Below, one piece after another: positions 47,290-56,551 of a DNA stretch of 64,000 nucleotides (positions are counted from its first letter, which is position 1; each line of letters starts with the position of its first letter). The position numbers and the translations under genes were made by a program. Source of the DNA: a virus; IMG/VR virus record IMGVR_UViG_3300033064_001806, positions 46,364 through 110,363 of that record; one strand, 5' to 3'. The notes beneath the pieces are model-generated. The model searched no databases, had not been told where the DNA came from, and worked only from the letters and a program-made list of their open reading frames with translations.

Positions 47290-47871
47290 ATGAGTGAAAT
47301 TAAAAAGTTCGTAATAAAAGAAATACGAGATGTATTGCGAGAAGAAAAACACAAACAGAAAATTAAAGAATTATCTGGCATACTTTTTGAAGCAATTGAA
47401 ACAGCAAATGTTGTTAAGAGTAATCCAAAAAGATTTGCAATTGCAAAAAAAATTATTAAAATAACAGAGGGTGATTTAATAAAAGAATATCATAAAGAAG
47501 GTGAAGGTAAAATGTTCAAAGCTCAATTACTTTCTATTATGCATAATGCAAAACAGATTTATGAAATGATCGATGAGCATGATGAGTTTGAAGATTGGTT
47601 ACAATCAAAAGTTACAATAGCAGAAGATTATTTAAGAGCAATTCACGGTTATATTAAGTATTATAATGGAGACGAAGACATGGGTACTGAGTTTGAAGAC
47701 GAGATTGAATTAGACGGTGAGAAGGCGAACTTCAGCGATGAAGAATCAGCAGAGTATTCAGATGCCGCATTTGATGAAGATGGTGTAGTTTATGGTGATG
47801 ATGAATGGGAAGATGATGACGAAGCCTTTGATTACTTCATAGAAGATGAAGAAGACACTTTAGCATTATAG
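47290..47871 (+). CDS. hypothetical protein, 'EG.M...QL...WLQSK' domain plus highly acidic tail
   Basis: 'EGKMFKAQL...EDWLQSKVTIAEDYL'; last ~65 aa strongly D/E-rich. Confidence 0.6.
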   Translation: MSEIKKFVIKEIRDVLREEKHKQKIKELSGILFEAIETANVVKSNPKRFAIAKKIIKITEGDLIKEYHKEGEGKMFKAQLLSIMHNAKQIYEMIDEHDEFEDWLQSKVTIAEDYLRAIHGYIKYYNGDEDMGTEFEDEIELDGEKANFSDEESAEYSDAAFDEDGVVYGDDEWEDDDEAFDYFIEDEEDTLAL

Positions 47872-47877
47872 GAAACT

Positions 47878-48084
47878 ATGATAACTACATTTTTATTTTC
47901 GGACGGTTGGCGTTTTATTTCTAGTGATGGTAGTTATATAAGCATTTCAAAAGATGAATTGGAAAATTATAGACTCAACGAAATTACAGACGATGAGATA
48001 AAAGCGTTATGTTATGGTTATATTACTGGAAAATCATTTTTGAATTTTTCAACAGAAGGAATTGAACAGAGTTATGAATTTTAA
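47878..48084 (+). CDS. hypothetical protein
   Basis: ORF with AGGA RBS. Confidence 0.5.
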   Translation: MITTFLFSDGWRFISSDGSYISISKDELENYRLNEITDDEIKALCYGYITGKSFLNFSTEGIEQSYEF

Positions 48085-48361
48085 TACAAGAACTATTATT
48101 GATTTAATTACCCTTGACGATGACTTAAAAGATAAATTAAATAGAATAGTAGATGATGAGAAGTTATTCTTACTTAGTATGGGTGACAGTTCAATTGATG
48201 AAGCTGAATTTATTGCCTCGGTCTCTCCATTAATACATGATAATCTTAAACGATACGTTAAACTCGATTTAAGAAGTACGGATTTAAGTTTTTTGAAAGG
48301 AATAATTAATCTAAATAAGGTTGATTACAAATTGGTTTTTGAAAGTATCAAACAGGTTTAA
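48074..48361 (+). CDS. hypothetical protein
   Basis: ORF in an operon-like array. Confidence 0.5.
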   Translation: MNFNTRTIIDLITLDDDLKDKLNRIVDDEKLFLLSMGDSSIDEAEFIASVSPLIHDNLKRYVKLDLRSTDLSFLKGIINLNKVDYKLVFESIKQV

Positions 48362-48366
48362 TTGTT

Positions 48367-48534
48367 ATGTTAAATAAAATATTTGAATTTATTGGTGTTG
48401 GTATATTAACACCTATATTATATACAATGTATTTTCTGATGGTTGTTATCGCTACATTTATATTCGCATTACCGATTGGTGTTGGCATATATATAATTGA
48501 TTTAACAATAAAAAGATTCTTTGGTGGTTTTTAG
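48367..48534 (+). CDS. small hydrophobic membrane protein; not in the ORF track
   Basis: MLNKIFEFIGVGILTPILYTMYFLMVVIATFIFALPIGVGIYIIDLTIKRFFGGF. Confidence 0.5.
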   Translation: MLNKIFEFIGVGILTPILYTMYFLMVVIATFIFALPIGVGIYIIDLTIKRFFGGF

Positions 48535-48724
48535 TTATGCCATCTATGATTTTAAGTGTGAAGAATGTGGAAATATAAAAGAGTATTATGTTCCATCAAC
48601 AACTTCAATTCCAGAAAATTGTTATTGCGGTAAGAAATGTGAATTAATAAAAGTGGAATCGTTCAGTTCAAGTAAACCCATACTAAAGGGAAACGGATTT
48701 TACGAAACCGATTATAAAACATAA
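48521..48724 (+). CDS. FmdB-family zinc-ribbon protein; natural ATG at 48537 is out of frame by 1 nt
   Basis: 'IYDFKCEECG...C.CG...KGNGFYETDY'. Confidence 0.75.
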   Translation: MVVFSYAIYDFKCEECGNIKEYYVPSTTSIPENCYCGKKCELIKVESFSSSKPILKGNGFYETDYKT

Positions 48725-48736
48725 AATGAGGTTGTT

Positions 48737-49069
48737 ATGAATTATCCTAAATATAGGACAAGTAAAAGCATTCAAGTAAAATTAGCACCACAAGTTGCTG
48801 TTATGGGATGTGAATATAAACATTTAGTTAGAGCGTTTGGTAATCCAAATTTGGCGGCAGATTATGGTGACGAGTTTGATGGTGTAGAAAAATGTGCTTG
48901 GCATATTCAATTTGAAACAGGTCAGGTTGCTATAATTTCAGATGTTCGACCATTTGGTATTCATGACATGGATTATAGAATTGTAAAAGAATGGAGAGTA
49001 AACGCACATGACACACTAGTTTACGATTGGATAAAAGAGATAGTTAGGGATATGAACCCAAACGCATAA
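48737..49069 (+). CDS. hypothetical phage protein
   Basis: 'YKHLVRAFGNP...K..W.I.F...W' pattern. Confidence 0.6.
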   Translation: MNYPKYRTSKSIQVKLAPQVAVMGCEYKHLVRAFGNPNLAADYGDEFDGVEKCAWHIQFETGQVAIISDVRPFGIHDMDYRIVKEWRVNAHDTLVYDWIKEIVRDMNPNA

Positions 49070-49097
49070 ACAATATTAATTAAAAAAGGAGTCAATT

Positions 49098-49259
49098 GTG
49101 AAAAGTATTATATTTCTAATAGTATTATTATGCTGTATTACGGCACATTCAAACGAAAATCCAATTAAGTCTAAACAACATAAAAAAGATCATTCGTGTT
49201 GTAAAAAAGATACAACAAATAATAAATCAAATAAACAAGATATACCAAAGTTTCAATAA
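49098..49259 (+). CDS. small secreted Cys/Lys-rich protein; not in the ORF track
   Basis: GTG after AAGGAG; signal-peptide-like 'MKSIIFLIVLLCCITAHS'. Confidence 0.5.
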   Translation: MKSIIFLIVLLCCITAHSNENPIKSKQHKKDHSCCKKDTTNNKSNKQDIPKFQ

Positions 49260-49282
49260 ACATTTAGAAGGAGTAAAACACA

Positions 49283-49711
49283 ATGAAGTATATCATTGTA
49301 GTGTTTCTCGCAGTTATGTCAATGACTGCAGGAGACACACAACCATATCTATTGAAAAAAATAGTTAGTGGTGGAAACGGTAATGCAACTCTCGGTCAAG
49401 TAGTTGCTGGTTATAAGAATGGCTATCATGTTGGAATACGCACACCAAGGGTACTTACAACTTCTGTGAACGAACCAATTCCAATGAAATTATCAGGATT
49501 AGCGTTTCCTAATCCAACATCAGATGGAATAGTAAGAATAGATGTGCCAAACCCAATGCGAATTGAAGTGTCTGATTTGAAAGGATTTACAATCGGTGAT
49601 GGAATTGATTTATTATCAAAACAAATTCAACTTCCATATAGGGGCTCATTCTTTGTAAGAGTTATTACAACAGACAATCAAGTTTACAAAACAATAGTTA
49701 TTTTTAATTAA
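49283..49711 (+). CDS. secreted protein with T9SS type A C-terminal sorting domain
   Basis: Signal peptide; 'AFPNPT...I.VSDLKG...G.FFVRV......KTIV'. Confidence 0.75.
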   Translation: MKYIIVVFLAVMSMTAGDTQPYLLKKIVSGGNGNATLGQVVAGYKNGYHVGIRTPRVLTTSVNEPIPMKLSGLAFPNPTSDGIVRIDVPNPMRIEVSDLKGFTIGDGIDLLSKQIQLPYRGSFFVRVITTDNQVYKTIVIFN

Positions 49712-49725
49712 TCAATGAGGGAAAG

Positions 49726-50901
49726 ATGAAACAAGTTTTTTTAGCAATATTTGCTTTATTATCGGTTACATTATCGGCACAAACAAATCTTCAGTATCAA
49801 GCACACGTTCCTGCTGGTACACCAACAGAATCTAAGTTTTCGGTTTATATTGCGAATGAAACATTCGATGAAAACTCACATTTGAATTCATCTGCTTTCT
49901 GGTATCGTGAAAATAGAGAAGTAGAAATTCAAAACGGTATATTAAATTATTTACTTGAAAGTGTACCCGATAGTGTATTCATCAACAATTATGGTAAACC
50001 ATTATTTGTATACGCATACGTAAACGGTGTAACACTCGGTAGATTAAGAATTCAATCTGTACCGTATTCTTTACTGTCTAAATATTCTTTAGAAGCAGCA
50101 GAAGCAAGAACTGCTAACTTTGCAGAAAGAGCTAACCTTGCAAAGAGAGCAACCCTATCTGATACAGCAACATTCTCACGTAGTTCAATCAGAGCAGTAT
50201 ATTCAGATACCGCATTAGTTTCAGATACAGCGAACCATGCGAGGCACGCTAATACATCAGATTCTTCTATCTCGTCTGCATACTCTGATTTGGCTGGGTA
50301 TTCGGCAAATTCTACACATTCCTTGAAATCAGATACAGCAAAGTTTGCATTGAAATCAAAACAATCTGCATACTCAGATACCACTTTATATTCATTACAA
50401 TCTGGTATTTCATTATATTCAGAAACAAGTGCTTTTGCAATGAACGCAAAACATGCTTCTGTTACAGACACGGCTAGGTTTCTTAGAGATTCACTTCTTT
50501 TTCCAAGAAATTTCACACGTGGTTCAGTTACCATTCTTTCACTTGATGGTGCAGAGACCGCTCAAGTCGGTTCAACTCTCACACGTGGAACTAATGGAAT
50601 TTCGTGGGAAGTTAATCAACACCACAGAACAAGTAGTGTTTCCATTTATACGTCCGCTCCAGCGAGTTTACCTTCGAGTTCAAGATGGATTGTTTCCCGC
50701 GTTGCTGTGGATTATAACTTGGTCACGGTATCAAACCCAGTTATCGGTCAACTCGTTACAATCTACAATGGTTCAACTGCAAATACAGTTACACTAAATA
50801 ATAATACGTGGATAATCGATACAGCAATTAGTTGTGTGATTTTACCAAATCAATCGAGAACACTTTGGTTCAATGGTGGGTTTTGGATTGTAGTACAATA
50901 A
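49726..50901 (+). CDS. secreted Ala/Ser-repeat fibrous protein
   Basis: Signal peptide 'MKQVFLAIFALLSVTLSAQ'; 'LQYQA', 'SVPYSL'; many 'SDTA..S' repeats. Confidence 0.7.
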   Translation: MKQVFLAIFALLSVTLSAQTNLQYQAHVPAGTPTESKFSVYIANETFDENSHLNSSAFWYRENREVEIQNGILNYLLESVPDSVFINNYGKPLFVYAYVNGVTLGRLRIQSVPYSLLSKYSLEAAEARTANFAERANLAKRATLSDTATFSRSSIRAVYSDTALVSDTANHARHANTSDSSISSAYSDLAGYSANSTHSLKSDTAKFALKSKQSAYSDTTLYSLQSGISLYSETSAFAMNAKHASVTDTARFLRDSLLFPRNFTRGSVTILSLDGAETAQVGSTLTRGTNGISWEVNQHHRTSSVSIYTSAPASLPSSSRWIVSRVAVDYNLVTVSNPVIGQLVTIYNGSTANTVTLNNNTWIIDTAISCVILPNQSRTLWFNGGFWIVVQ

Positions 50902-50927
50902 TCAAGTAATATATTAGTTAAATTATA

Positions 50928-50960
50928 AAGTCGCCAGATATTATGTCTGGCGATTTTTGT
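50928..50960 (+). terminator. intrinsic terminator
   Basis: TCGCCAGATA-tta-TGTCTGGCGA followed by TTTTT. Confidence 0.8.
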
Positions 50961-51020
50961 TTATTTTAATTTTTATTATATTTATTGGTATGTTCCTCGT
51001 TTACATTGGAGATATTTTAA

Positions 51021-52268
51021 ATGAATAGGTATAAAGTACTATTAGAAAATGAAAGAAAAATACTCACTTCTGTTAACAGATTAATAAGTGAAGGTAGCAA
51101 ATTAACCGATGCTGAAAAGGCAGAAAGAGAAGCTGAAAAAGCAAGAATAAAGGCTGAAAAAGAAGCTAAAAAAGCAGACAGATTAACTGCCACAGAATCA
51201 GAAGATGTTATAGTTGATATGTGGAATACCGCTGTCAAAGGTAAAGATATACCAAAGAAATATGCAGATAGAGGATTTGAACCATTGTTCAATTCTGTAA
51301 AACCGTATGCTAAAAGTCCAGCTACTGTATATGGAAAAAAGAAGTTAGCAACTTCTGATTTATGGAAAGATGTAACTGGTAAGAAGACTGATACTTCGAA
51401 AACGGATGTTATTGGAGACAAAAACTATTCAGTTAAGTATGGACCAGCACAACTAATGTCAGGAGCACCAAACGAAGCAATAGCAACTTTACTCGCTGCT
51501 TCAGATAAGTGTGGACTTTCTGATGCGGCACAACAAAAAGCACATGATTTATTAGATGAATTAAAGGGATATTCAATAAGAACAATTGGTGAAACAATGA
51601 ATCTTGCAGCTATTAGAAAACTTGGGGATAAAGAATCGATTACTAATGCATTAAATAAAAAGGCATACGGCTTTATTACAAAGGGAGAAGAACTTCAAAA
51701 AAAACTAACAAGCGAAATGCAAAGTATGTTTGATAGTAGTCAAGAATTTGAATTAGAATTTATATATGAAGCAATGACTGGTGCAGCAAAATTCACAGAT
51801 GCAAGCGCAATAGCAGATACAATGTTGTGTATTGATAAAGATGCAACAAGTATAAAAATAGAATCTGTTGCTGACTCTTCAAGTCCTTACGTAAAAAAAG
51901 TTATGGGTGCAACTACTATAAAAGCAAGTTATAAAGGAAGTTCATATACCTTGAAAACCGGTGTTACTGGATATACATTTAATACTGCGTTGAGGTTAAT
52001 TACTAAAGATTTAACCAAAGCAACAAATGAATGTATAATAGCTGTTAATTCGTACAACGGTAATATTATCAATGAAAATTTCTTTGATTTTGTTAAAAAA
52101 GCATGGGACAAGTTGAAAAATGTTTTTAATAAGATAAAACAATTTATAGTAAAATCTATTGAGTTTATTAAATCTGGATTTAAAAAATTACTTGAATTCT
52201 TCGGAATAGATGTTAACGTGGAAGGTTGGCAGGAATTGGATACTATTGATTTATATGATGTAGCATAA
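51021..52268 (+). CDS. hypothetical protein with possible PD-(D/E)XK-like core
   Basis: 'E...TSKTDV......SVK...QL' pattern; ATATTTAT at 50980; 'LLE/ISE/INE' sites. Confidence 0.45.
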   Translation: MNRYKVLLENERKILTSVNRLISEGSKLTDAEKAEREAEKARIKAEKEAKKADRLTATESEDVIVDMWNTAVKGKDIPKKYADRGFEPLFNSVKPYAKSPATVYGKKKLATSDLWKDVTGKKTDTSKTDVIGDKNYSVKYGPAQLMSGAPNEAIATLLAASDKCGLSDAAQQKAHDLLDELKGYSIRTIGETMNLAAIRKLGDKESITNALNKKAYGFITKGEELQKKLTSEMQSMFDSSQEFELEFIYEAMTGAAKFTDASAIADTMLCIDKDATSIKIESVADSSSPYVKKVMGATTIKASYKGSSYTLKTGVTGYTFNTALRLITKDLTKATNECIIAVNSYNGNIINENFFDFVKKAWDKLKNVFNKIKQFIVKSIEFIKSGFKKLLEFFGIDVNVEGWQELDTIDLYDVA

Positions 52269-52270
52269 TT

Positions 52271-52552
52271 ATGTTAAATTCGTTTTGGGCAAGTTTAGAA
52301 ATAGATGATGTTTCCGATTTGAAATATACAGACTATGTTCAGTATAAAACGTCGGAACAAAAAGAAGAAGTATTGGAAAAAATAGATTGGGTAATACTTA
52401 AATTACATAAGATTAAAGATATTAGAAAGTATGACTTTGATATTGTTAGTAGGATGAAAGATAAAATTAAATATGGCGATAGTTCTCTCACTTTAAAAGG
52501 TGTAGAATATTTGAATTTAATAACGGTAGATTTGAAACAAGATACATTTTGA
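52271..52552 (+). CDS. hypothetical protein
   Basis: 93-aa ORF. Confidence 0.5.
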   Translation: MLNSFWASLEIDDVSDLKYTDYVQYKTSEQKEEVLEKIDWVILKLHKIKDIRKYDFDIVSRMKDKIKYGDSSLTLKGVEYLNLITVDLKQDTF

Positions 52553-52562
52553 GGAAGATAAA

Positions 52563-53981
52563 ATGATAAAATTAAAAGACCTGTTGACAGATGCAAAGCA
52601 GACGCTTACAGAAACAGGAATCCGAAACATTAACGCATTAACAGCAACGAGAAACGAGGCTGTTATGTACTTTCACATGGACTTAGATGGTGTAACAACT
52701 GCAATCGGTATGAAAGCATACTTAGAAAAATATGGTGTTAAGTTAATAAAATGTGAAAAAATTCAGTATGGTGGTATGGAATTTGCAGTTCAAAAACCAG
52801 CACCTGGTTTATTAGTCGTTATCGTTGACTTTGCCCACGGTAAACCAATGGTACACATTCATACCGATCATCACCAATCACAAGCAGGTGTTGCTCCAAC
52901 TACATCGGGTGCATTCAAACACGCACCTTCAAATGTTGCAGCAATGTCTCAGGAAATTTCACCAACTGATTTATTTCCTACACAAGATATTCAAATTATA
53001 TCAACAGTTGATTCCGCTGACTTTGCTTCACAAGGTATTAATCCAGACCAAGTAATGCGTTCAGTATTTGAGTTCGATCCAACTATGTCTGCTGTACCAA
53101 ACCGTTTAGCAATGGGATTGGTAGTTAATAAAGTTCTTCTTGCATTCAAGAATAAACCTGGCTTCTTAGAAGCGTTAGTAATGAAAGCACGTCCTTCACT
53201 TGTTTCTATCTACAATGTAATTAAACACGAAGTTACAGCACGTGGTTTATCATGGGCAGATTTACCTGCTAAAACAGCATCATACCTTGCTTCACAAGCA
53301 CCTGGTATTAAGTTAAAACAAATAACAAGCCCACGGGAAATACAATCACTCGGTAGTGGTCAATACGCAATGTTTGGAACTTGCTTAGTTCAATACGGTG
53401 GTGGTACAATGACTAAAGGTGGATATGATAGATACACTCCATTCAAGATGAACCCAACTGCTGAGTACCTTGTAATTGGCTGGCCAATGGGATTGGTACA
53501 AGCAGCGAAGAATCCATTCAAGAAAGGTACAAATCCAATTAACTTGGGTGAGTTAGCGATGGGTATATTGAATAAGCACAAATCAGAACTTCAAGCAATG
53601 CAACTTACAATAGGTGATGTTAAGAGAATGATGGAAATGGATATTGCTAAAAAAGGAAGTTCAGAATCTGTTGGTTTCACTATGGATGACTTCATGGCTT
53701 TATTCGGTGAGGTTGCTATGAATTTACCTAAGAGTCCAGGATTTCAAAATATGGTAAAAGATATTGCAGGTAAACAATATAAATTCCTTTCATCAAAGCA
53801 AAAATCAATACTCGATGGTATAACAACAACGGTGTATGATGTTATAGTAAAAGGCTCAGGTGGGCATCGTGATATTACAAATATATCTGGTTTGAATTTC
53901 ATTGGTAAAGGTTACACAACATTCCTCAAACAATTGATGGGTGAGTTAGCGGAAGCGTTGGCAGACGCTCGATTACAATAA
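52563..53981 (+). CDS. DHH-family phosphoesterase with MIKLKDLL leader
   Basis: 'HMDLDG', 'VDFA', 'TDHH', C-terminal 'SGGH'. Confidence 0.8.
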   Translation: MIKLKDLLTDAKQTLTETGIRNINALTATRNEAVMYFHMDLDGVTTAIGMKAYLEKYGVKLIKCEKIQYGGMEFAVQKPAPGLLVVIVDFAHGKPMVHIHTDHHQSQAGVAPTTSGAFKHAPSNVAAMSQEISPTDLFPTQDIQIISTVDSADFASQGINPDQVMRSVFEFDPTMSAVPNRLAMGLVVNKVLLAFKNKPGFLEALVMKARPSLVSIYNVIKHEVTARGLSWADLPAKTASYLASQAPGIKLKQITSPREIQSLGSGQYAMFGTCLVQYGGGTMTKGGYDRYTPFKMNPTAEYLVIGWPMGLVQAAKNPFKKGTNPINLGELAMGILNKHKSELQAMQLTIGDVKRMMEMDIAKKGSSESVGFTMDDFMALFGEVAMNLPKSPGFQNMVKDIAGKQYKFLSSKQKSILDGITTTVYDVIVKGSGGHRDITNISGLNFIGKGYTTFLKQLMGELAEALADARLQ

Positions 53982-53994
53982 GAAATTAATAATA

Positions 53995-54030
53995 GAAAAA
54001 AGCATCACTAATTAGTGAGGCTTTCTTTTT
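53995..54030. terminator. probable bidirectional terminator between convergent genes
   Basis: AAAAAAGCATCACT-aatt-AGTGAGGCTTTCTTTTT. Confidence 0.7.
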
Positions 54031-54036
54031 TATCTT

Positions 54037-54234
54037 TTATTGGAAATAGATATTTGAAATAAAAGAAACAAACTCTGGATTTATTAAGTTTGAAACACCA
54101 ACTGCTCTTTTAATTGCGTTCTTGTGCGAGTTGGCAACTACCGTAACAATTTCTGTTGCTTTTTCTGGACCAAATTCACCTTCTTCGATACCGCTAACAA
54201 CTACGTCAAATTCCTTTTCTCCAACTCTTTTCAT
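54037..54234 (-). CDS. small early hypothetical protein (only well-supported minus-strand gene)
   Basis: Preceded on the minus strand by the promoter-leader cassette 54235-54279. Confidence 0.7.
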   Translation of the reverse strand: MKRVGEKEFDVVVSGIEEGEFGPEKATEIVTVVANSHKNAIKRAVGVSNLINPEFVSFISNIYFQ

Positions 54235-54279
54235 AACTTATTTCCTTTTTGGTTGTTCTTAATCTTACATACAAAGATA
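54235..54279 (-). promoter_or_regulatory. early promoter-leader cassette copy
   Basis: Reverse complement reads TATCTTTGTATGTAAGATTAAGAACAACCAAAAAGGAAATAAGTT-ATG. Confidence 0.8.
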
Positions 54280-54376
54280 GTGAATTTATTTGAAATACCA
54301 AAGTTATTTTTTTAGTTGGTTGTGAACAGAAAAAATCGTATATTTGTGTGTTGATGTTTAACACTATTAGGAAACG

Positions 54377-54595
54377 ATGAAAAACGCATTTAATATCTTT
54401 ACACTTGGTTTAACTCTTGGAGTTGTAATAACGTTGGTTATCTGTTATCAGAACCACGTGTTAGGTAGCGTGATTAACACTAATGACTTAAATAAAAAGT
54501 TGAGAGTTCTTCAAGCAGCTTCACGTAAGTCGTTGGTAGAGGAAGTAGTTCAATCTGCTCCTCGTGTTTATAATTCAGAATATATTTCTAAGTAA
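54377..54595 (+). CDS. small membrane-anchored protein
   Basis: N-terminal TM; TATATTTG at 54339. Confidence 0.55.
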   Translation: MKNAFNIFTLGLTLGVVITLVICYQNHVLGSVINTNDLNKKLRVLQAASRKSLVEEVVQSAPRVYNSEYISK

Positions 54596-54738
54596 TTTAT
54601 GTATAAGGATTTAGGTATGAGTAAGATTAAGGATTTAGCAATGGGTATTGGTATGGCAATATTATTTTATTGTGTACTTTACTTTTTTATGATGTTTGAT
54701 GTTATCGGATAATTTTAGGATATTAACGAATAATTTCG

Positions 54739-54799
54739 TATATTTGTAATGTAAGATTAAGAACAACCAATTAAGAACAACCAATAAGGAAAAAATATC
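54739..54799 (+). promoter_or_regulatory. early promoter-leader cassette copy with duplicated TTAAGAACAACCAA
   Basis: TATATTTGTAATGTAAGATTAAGAACAACCAATTAAGAACAACCAATAAGGAA...ATG. Confidence 0.8.
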
Positions 54800-54970
54800 A
54801 TGGAAATAATTGATGCAATTATGAACATTGAATGTAATAATGAATGTACAGAAGAACTTTATATTCAATCATTTCAAACACTAATAGATAGTGGACATAT
54901 TTGGGGATTACAGGGCTTCTATGGTAGAACTGCAACTGACCTGATTGATGCAGGTTTGTGTACCAGATAA
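54800..54970 (+). CDS. small conserved phage protein; not in the ORF track
   Basis: MEIIDAIMNIEC...FQTLIDSGHIWGLQGFYGRTATDLIDAGLCTR. Confidence 0.7.
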   Translation: MEIIDAIMNIECNNECTEELYIQSFQTLIDSGHIWGLQGFYGRTATDLIDAGLCTR

Positions 54971-54994
54971 TTTTGTTATATCCAAAAAATTTCG

Positions 54995-55038
54995 TATATT
55001 TGTATGTAAGATTAAAAACAACCAAAAAGGAAAATGTT
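54995..55038 (+). promoter_or_regulatory. early promoter-leader cassette copy
   Basis: TATATTTGTATGTAAGATTAAAAACAACCAAAAAGGAAAATGTT-ATG. Confidence 0.8.
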
Positions 55039-55251
55039 ATGATAAGAAAGAAAACGAATGGTCCATTAGTTATTGATTTAACAGGTCCCCAAGGAAATGC
55101 TTATTTTCTACTTGGAACAGCAAACAATATCGCAAAACAATTAGGCCTTAATCCGAATGAAATCACAAATGAAATGAAGGCTGGTAATTATGAAAATCTT
55201 CTTCAAGTCTTTGATAGATATTTTGGAGAATATGTTGTTCTTGAAAAATAA
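55039..55251 (+). CDS. small conserved phage protein
   Basis: 'IDLTGPQGNAYFLLG...M..GNYENL...FD..FG'. Confidence 0.7.
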   Translation: MIRKKTNGPLVIDLTGPQGNAYFLLGTANNIAKQLGLNPNEITNEMKAGNYENLLQVFDRYFGEYVVLEK

Positions 55252-55277
55252 TGATTTGATTATATTCAAAAATTCCG

Positions 55278-55322
55278 TATATTCGTATGTAAGATTAAGA
55301 ACAACCAAAAGGAACAAAAGTT
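55278..55322 (+). promoter_or_regulatory. early promoter-leader cassette copy
   Basis: TATATTCGTATGTAAGATTAAGAACAACCAAAAGGAACAAAAGTT-ATG. Confidence 0.8.
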
Positions 55323-55709
55323 ATGTTAAGAGAAATTAAAAAATTCGTTGAAATATTGGAACAAGTTCGTAAAGAACACTATGATACTGCGTTTGGCTTA
55401 CAACCATTTCCCGAACATTTACGTGAACACATAGAAGTTAAATTTGGTAAAAAATATGCTAAACTTGTGTGTGTTAATAAGAGTGGTAATGTTGCCTCTG
55501 CTTGGGGATTCATAGCTCTTGAGGATGGTTCTATCAATGGCCATAAACATTGTGTAGGTGACTTACTTAAACCCGCTTCATTCAGTAGACCCACTGCTAT
55601 CTCCCGTGGTTCAATATGTGTAACGATTGGTGAGAAGAAAGGTGCGCCCGCTTCTTTCAATGTATACGGCCCAGACTACGTGAAATCTTTAAAATCTGTA
55701 AACGGATAA
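55323..55709 (+). CDS. conserved phage early protein
   Basis: 'GKKYAKL...SAWGFI...GDLLKPAS...P....RG'. Confidence 0.7.
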   Translation: MLREIKKFVEILEQVRKEHYDTAFGLQPFPEHLREHIEVKFGKKYAKLVCVNKSGNVASAWGFIALEDGSINGHKHCVGDLLKPASFSRPTAISRGSICVTIGEKKGAPASFNVYGPDYVKSLKSVNG

Positions 55710-55789
55710 TATGAGAATAGAGTAATAATTTATTTGGTTATTACTCTATTATTTAGTATATTAGTAGATGAAATATAAAGGAGTATAAT

Positions 55790-56128
55790 ATGTTATGGCA
55801 ATTAAAAACAGGTAAATGGCTTGCTGATGGTGAAGTTCTAAAAAATCAGACGTTATTTAAAAACAAATCACGTGCTATGCAAGAAGTGTTTAGAAAAGTA
55901 AAGGAAATGAAACAAGATGGAATACCGCTAATTCAAGTAGTTAATGGTTTGAGTGGACACTTAATGTGGCAGACATGGAACTACAAGGACAATGATGTTT
56001 TCATTGAACTAAGACCATTGGTTAAAACGGAACGAAGAAAAATACTTAATAAAAAATCTGAACACACTACAGCATGTGAATCGAAAAATTCAAATTATAT
56101 GAATCATACGGTAGAAGTATGGAGATAG
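55790..56128 (+). CDS. hypothetical protein
   Basis: AAGGAG RBS. Confidence 0.55.
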   Translation: MLWQLKTGKWLADGEVLKNQTLFKNKSRAMQEVFRKVKEMKQDGIPLIQVVNGLSGHLMWQTWNYKDNDVFIELRPLVKTERRKILNKKSEHTTACESKNSNYMNHTVEVWR

Positions 56129-56264
56129 GTTTATACTTGATTGCTTTTCTATTTGTTGCAGCAATGGCATCGAATATATGGACACTCGTAAAGGCGTTAT
56201 ATGATTTATACACAACTATGAAAAACAAACAAAATTAACAGTTGGTTGTTATAAATAAAGTTCG

Positions 56265-56319
56265 TATATTTGTATGTGAGATTAGTAAACAAACAAACAA
56301 CCAATTTAGGAACTTAGTT
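56265..56319 (+). promoter_or_regulatory. degenerate early promoter-leader cassette
   Basis: TATATTTGTATGTGAGATTAG...AAACAACCAATTTAGGAACTTAGTT-ATG. Confidence 0.7.
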
Positions 56320-56550
56320 ATGAAAAACAATTTATATATCGATGAAAAACTTAATCAAGCAAAAGAAGATTTTATTACATATAGTAGACGTGTTAGACTT
56401 GGTGGAGTACCAGAAGAACAGTTAAATGATTATAAAAGAATTCTTGAAGAATCGATTAATAATTTTCAAATATATTCTCAGATTATAGAAGAAGTGAAAA
56501 GCATTAGAAAAACAAAAATTAGAATTCAACGTAGTTTGGTAGGAGTTTAA
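56320..56550 (+). CDS. hypothetical protein
   Basis: Start moved to the ATG after the cassette. Confidence 0.55.
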   Translation: MKNNLYIDEKLNQAKEDFITYSRRVRLGGVPEEQLNDYKRILEESINNFQIYSQIIEEVKSIRKTKIRIQRSLVGV

Positions 56551-56551
56551 T

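Noticed and set aside
54235-56319. Repeated ~45-nt elements as a CRISPR array
   Set aside because: They are separated by whole ORFs of variable length, and each contains a promoter box and RBS
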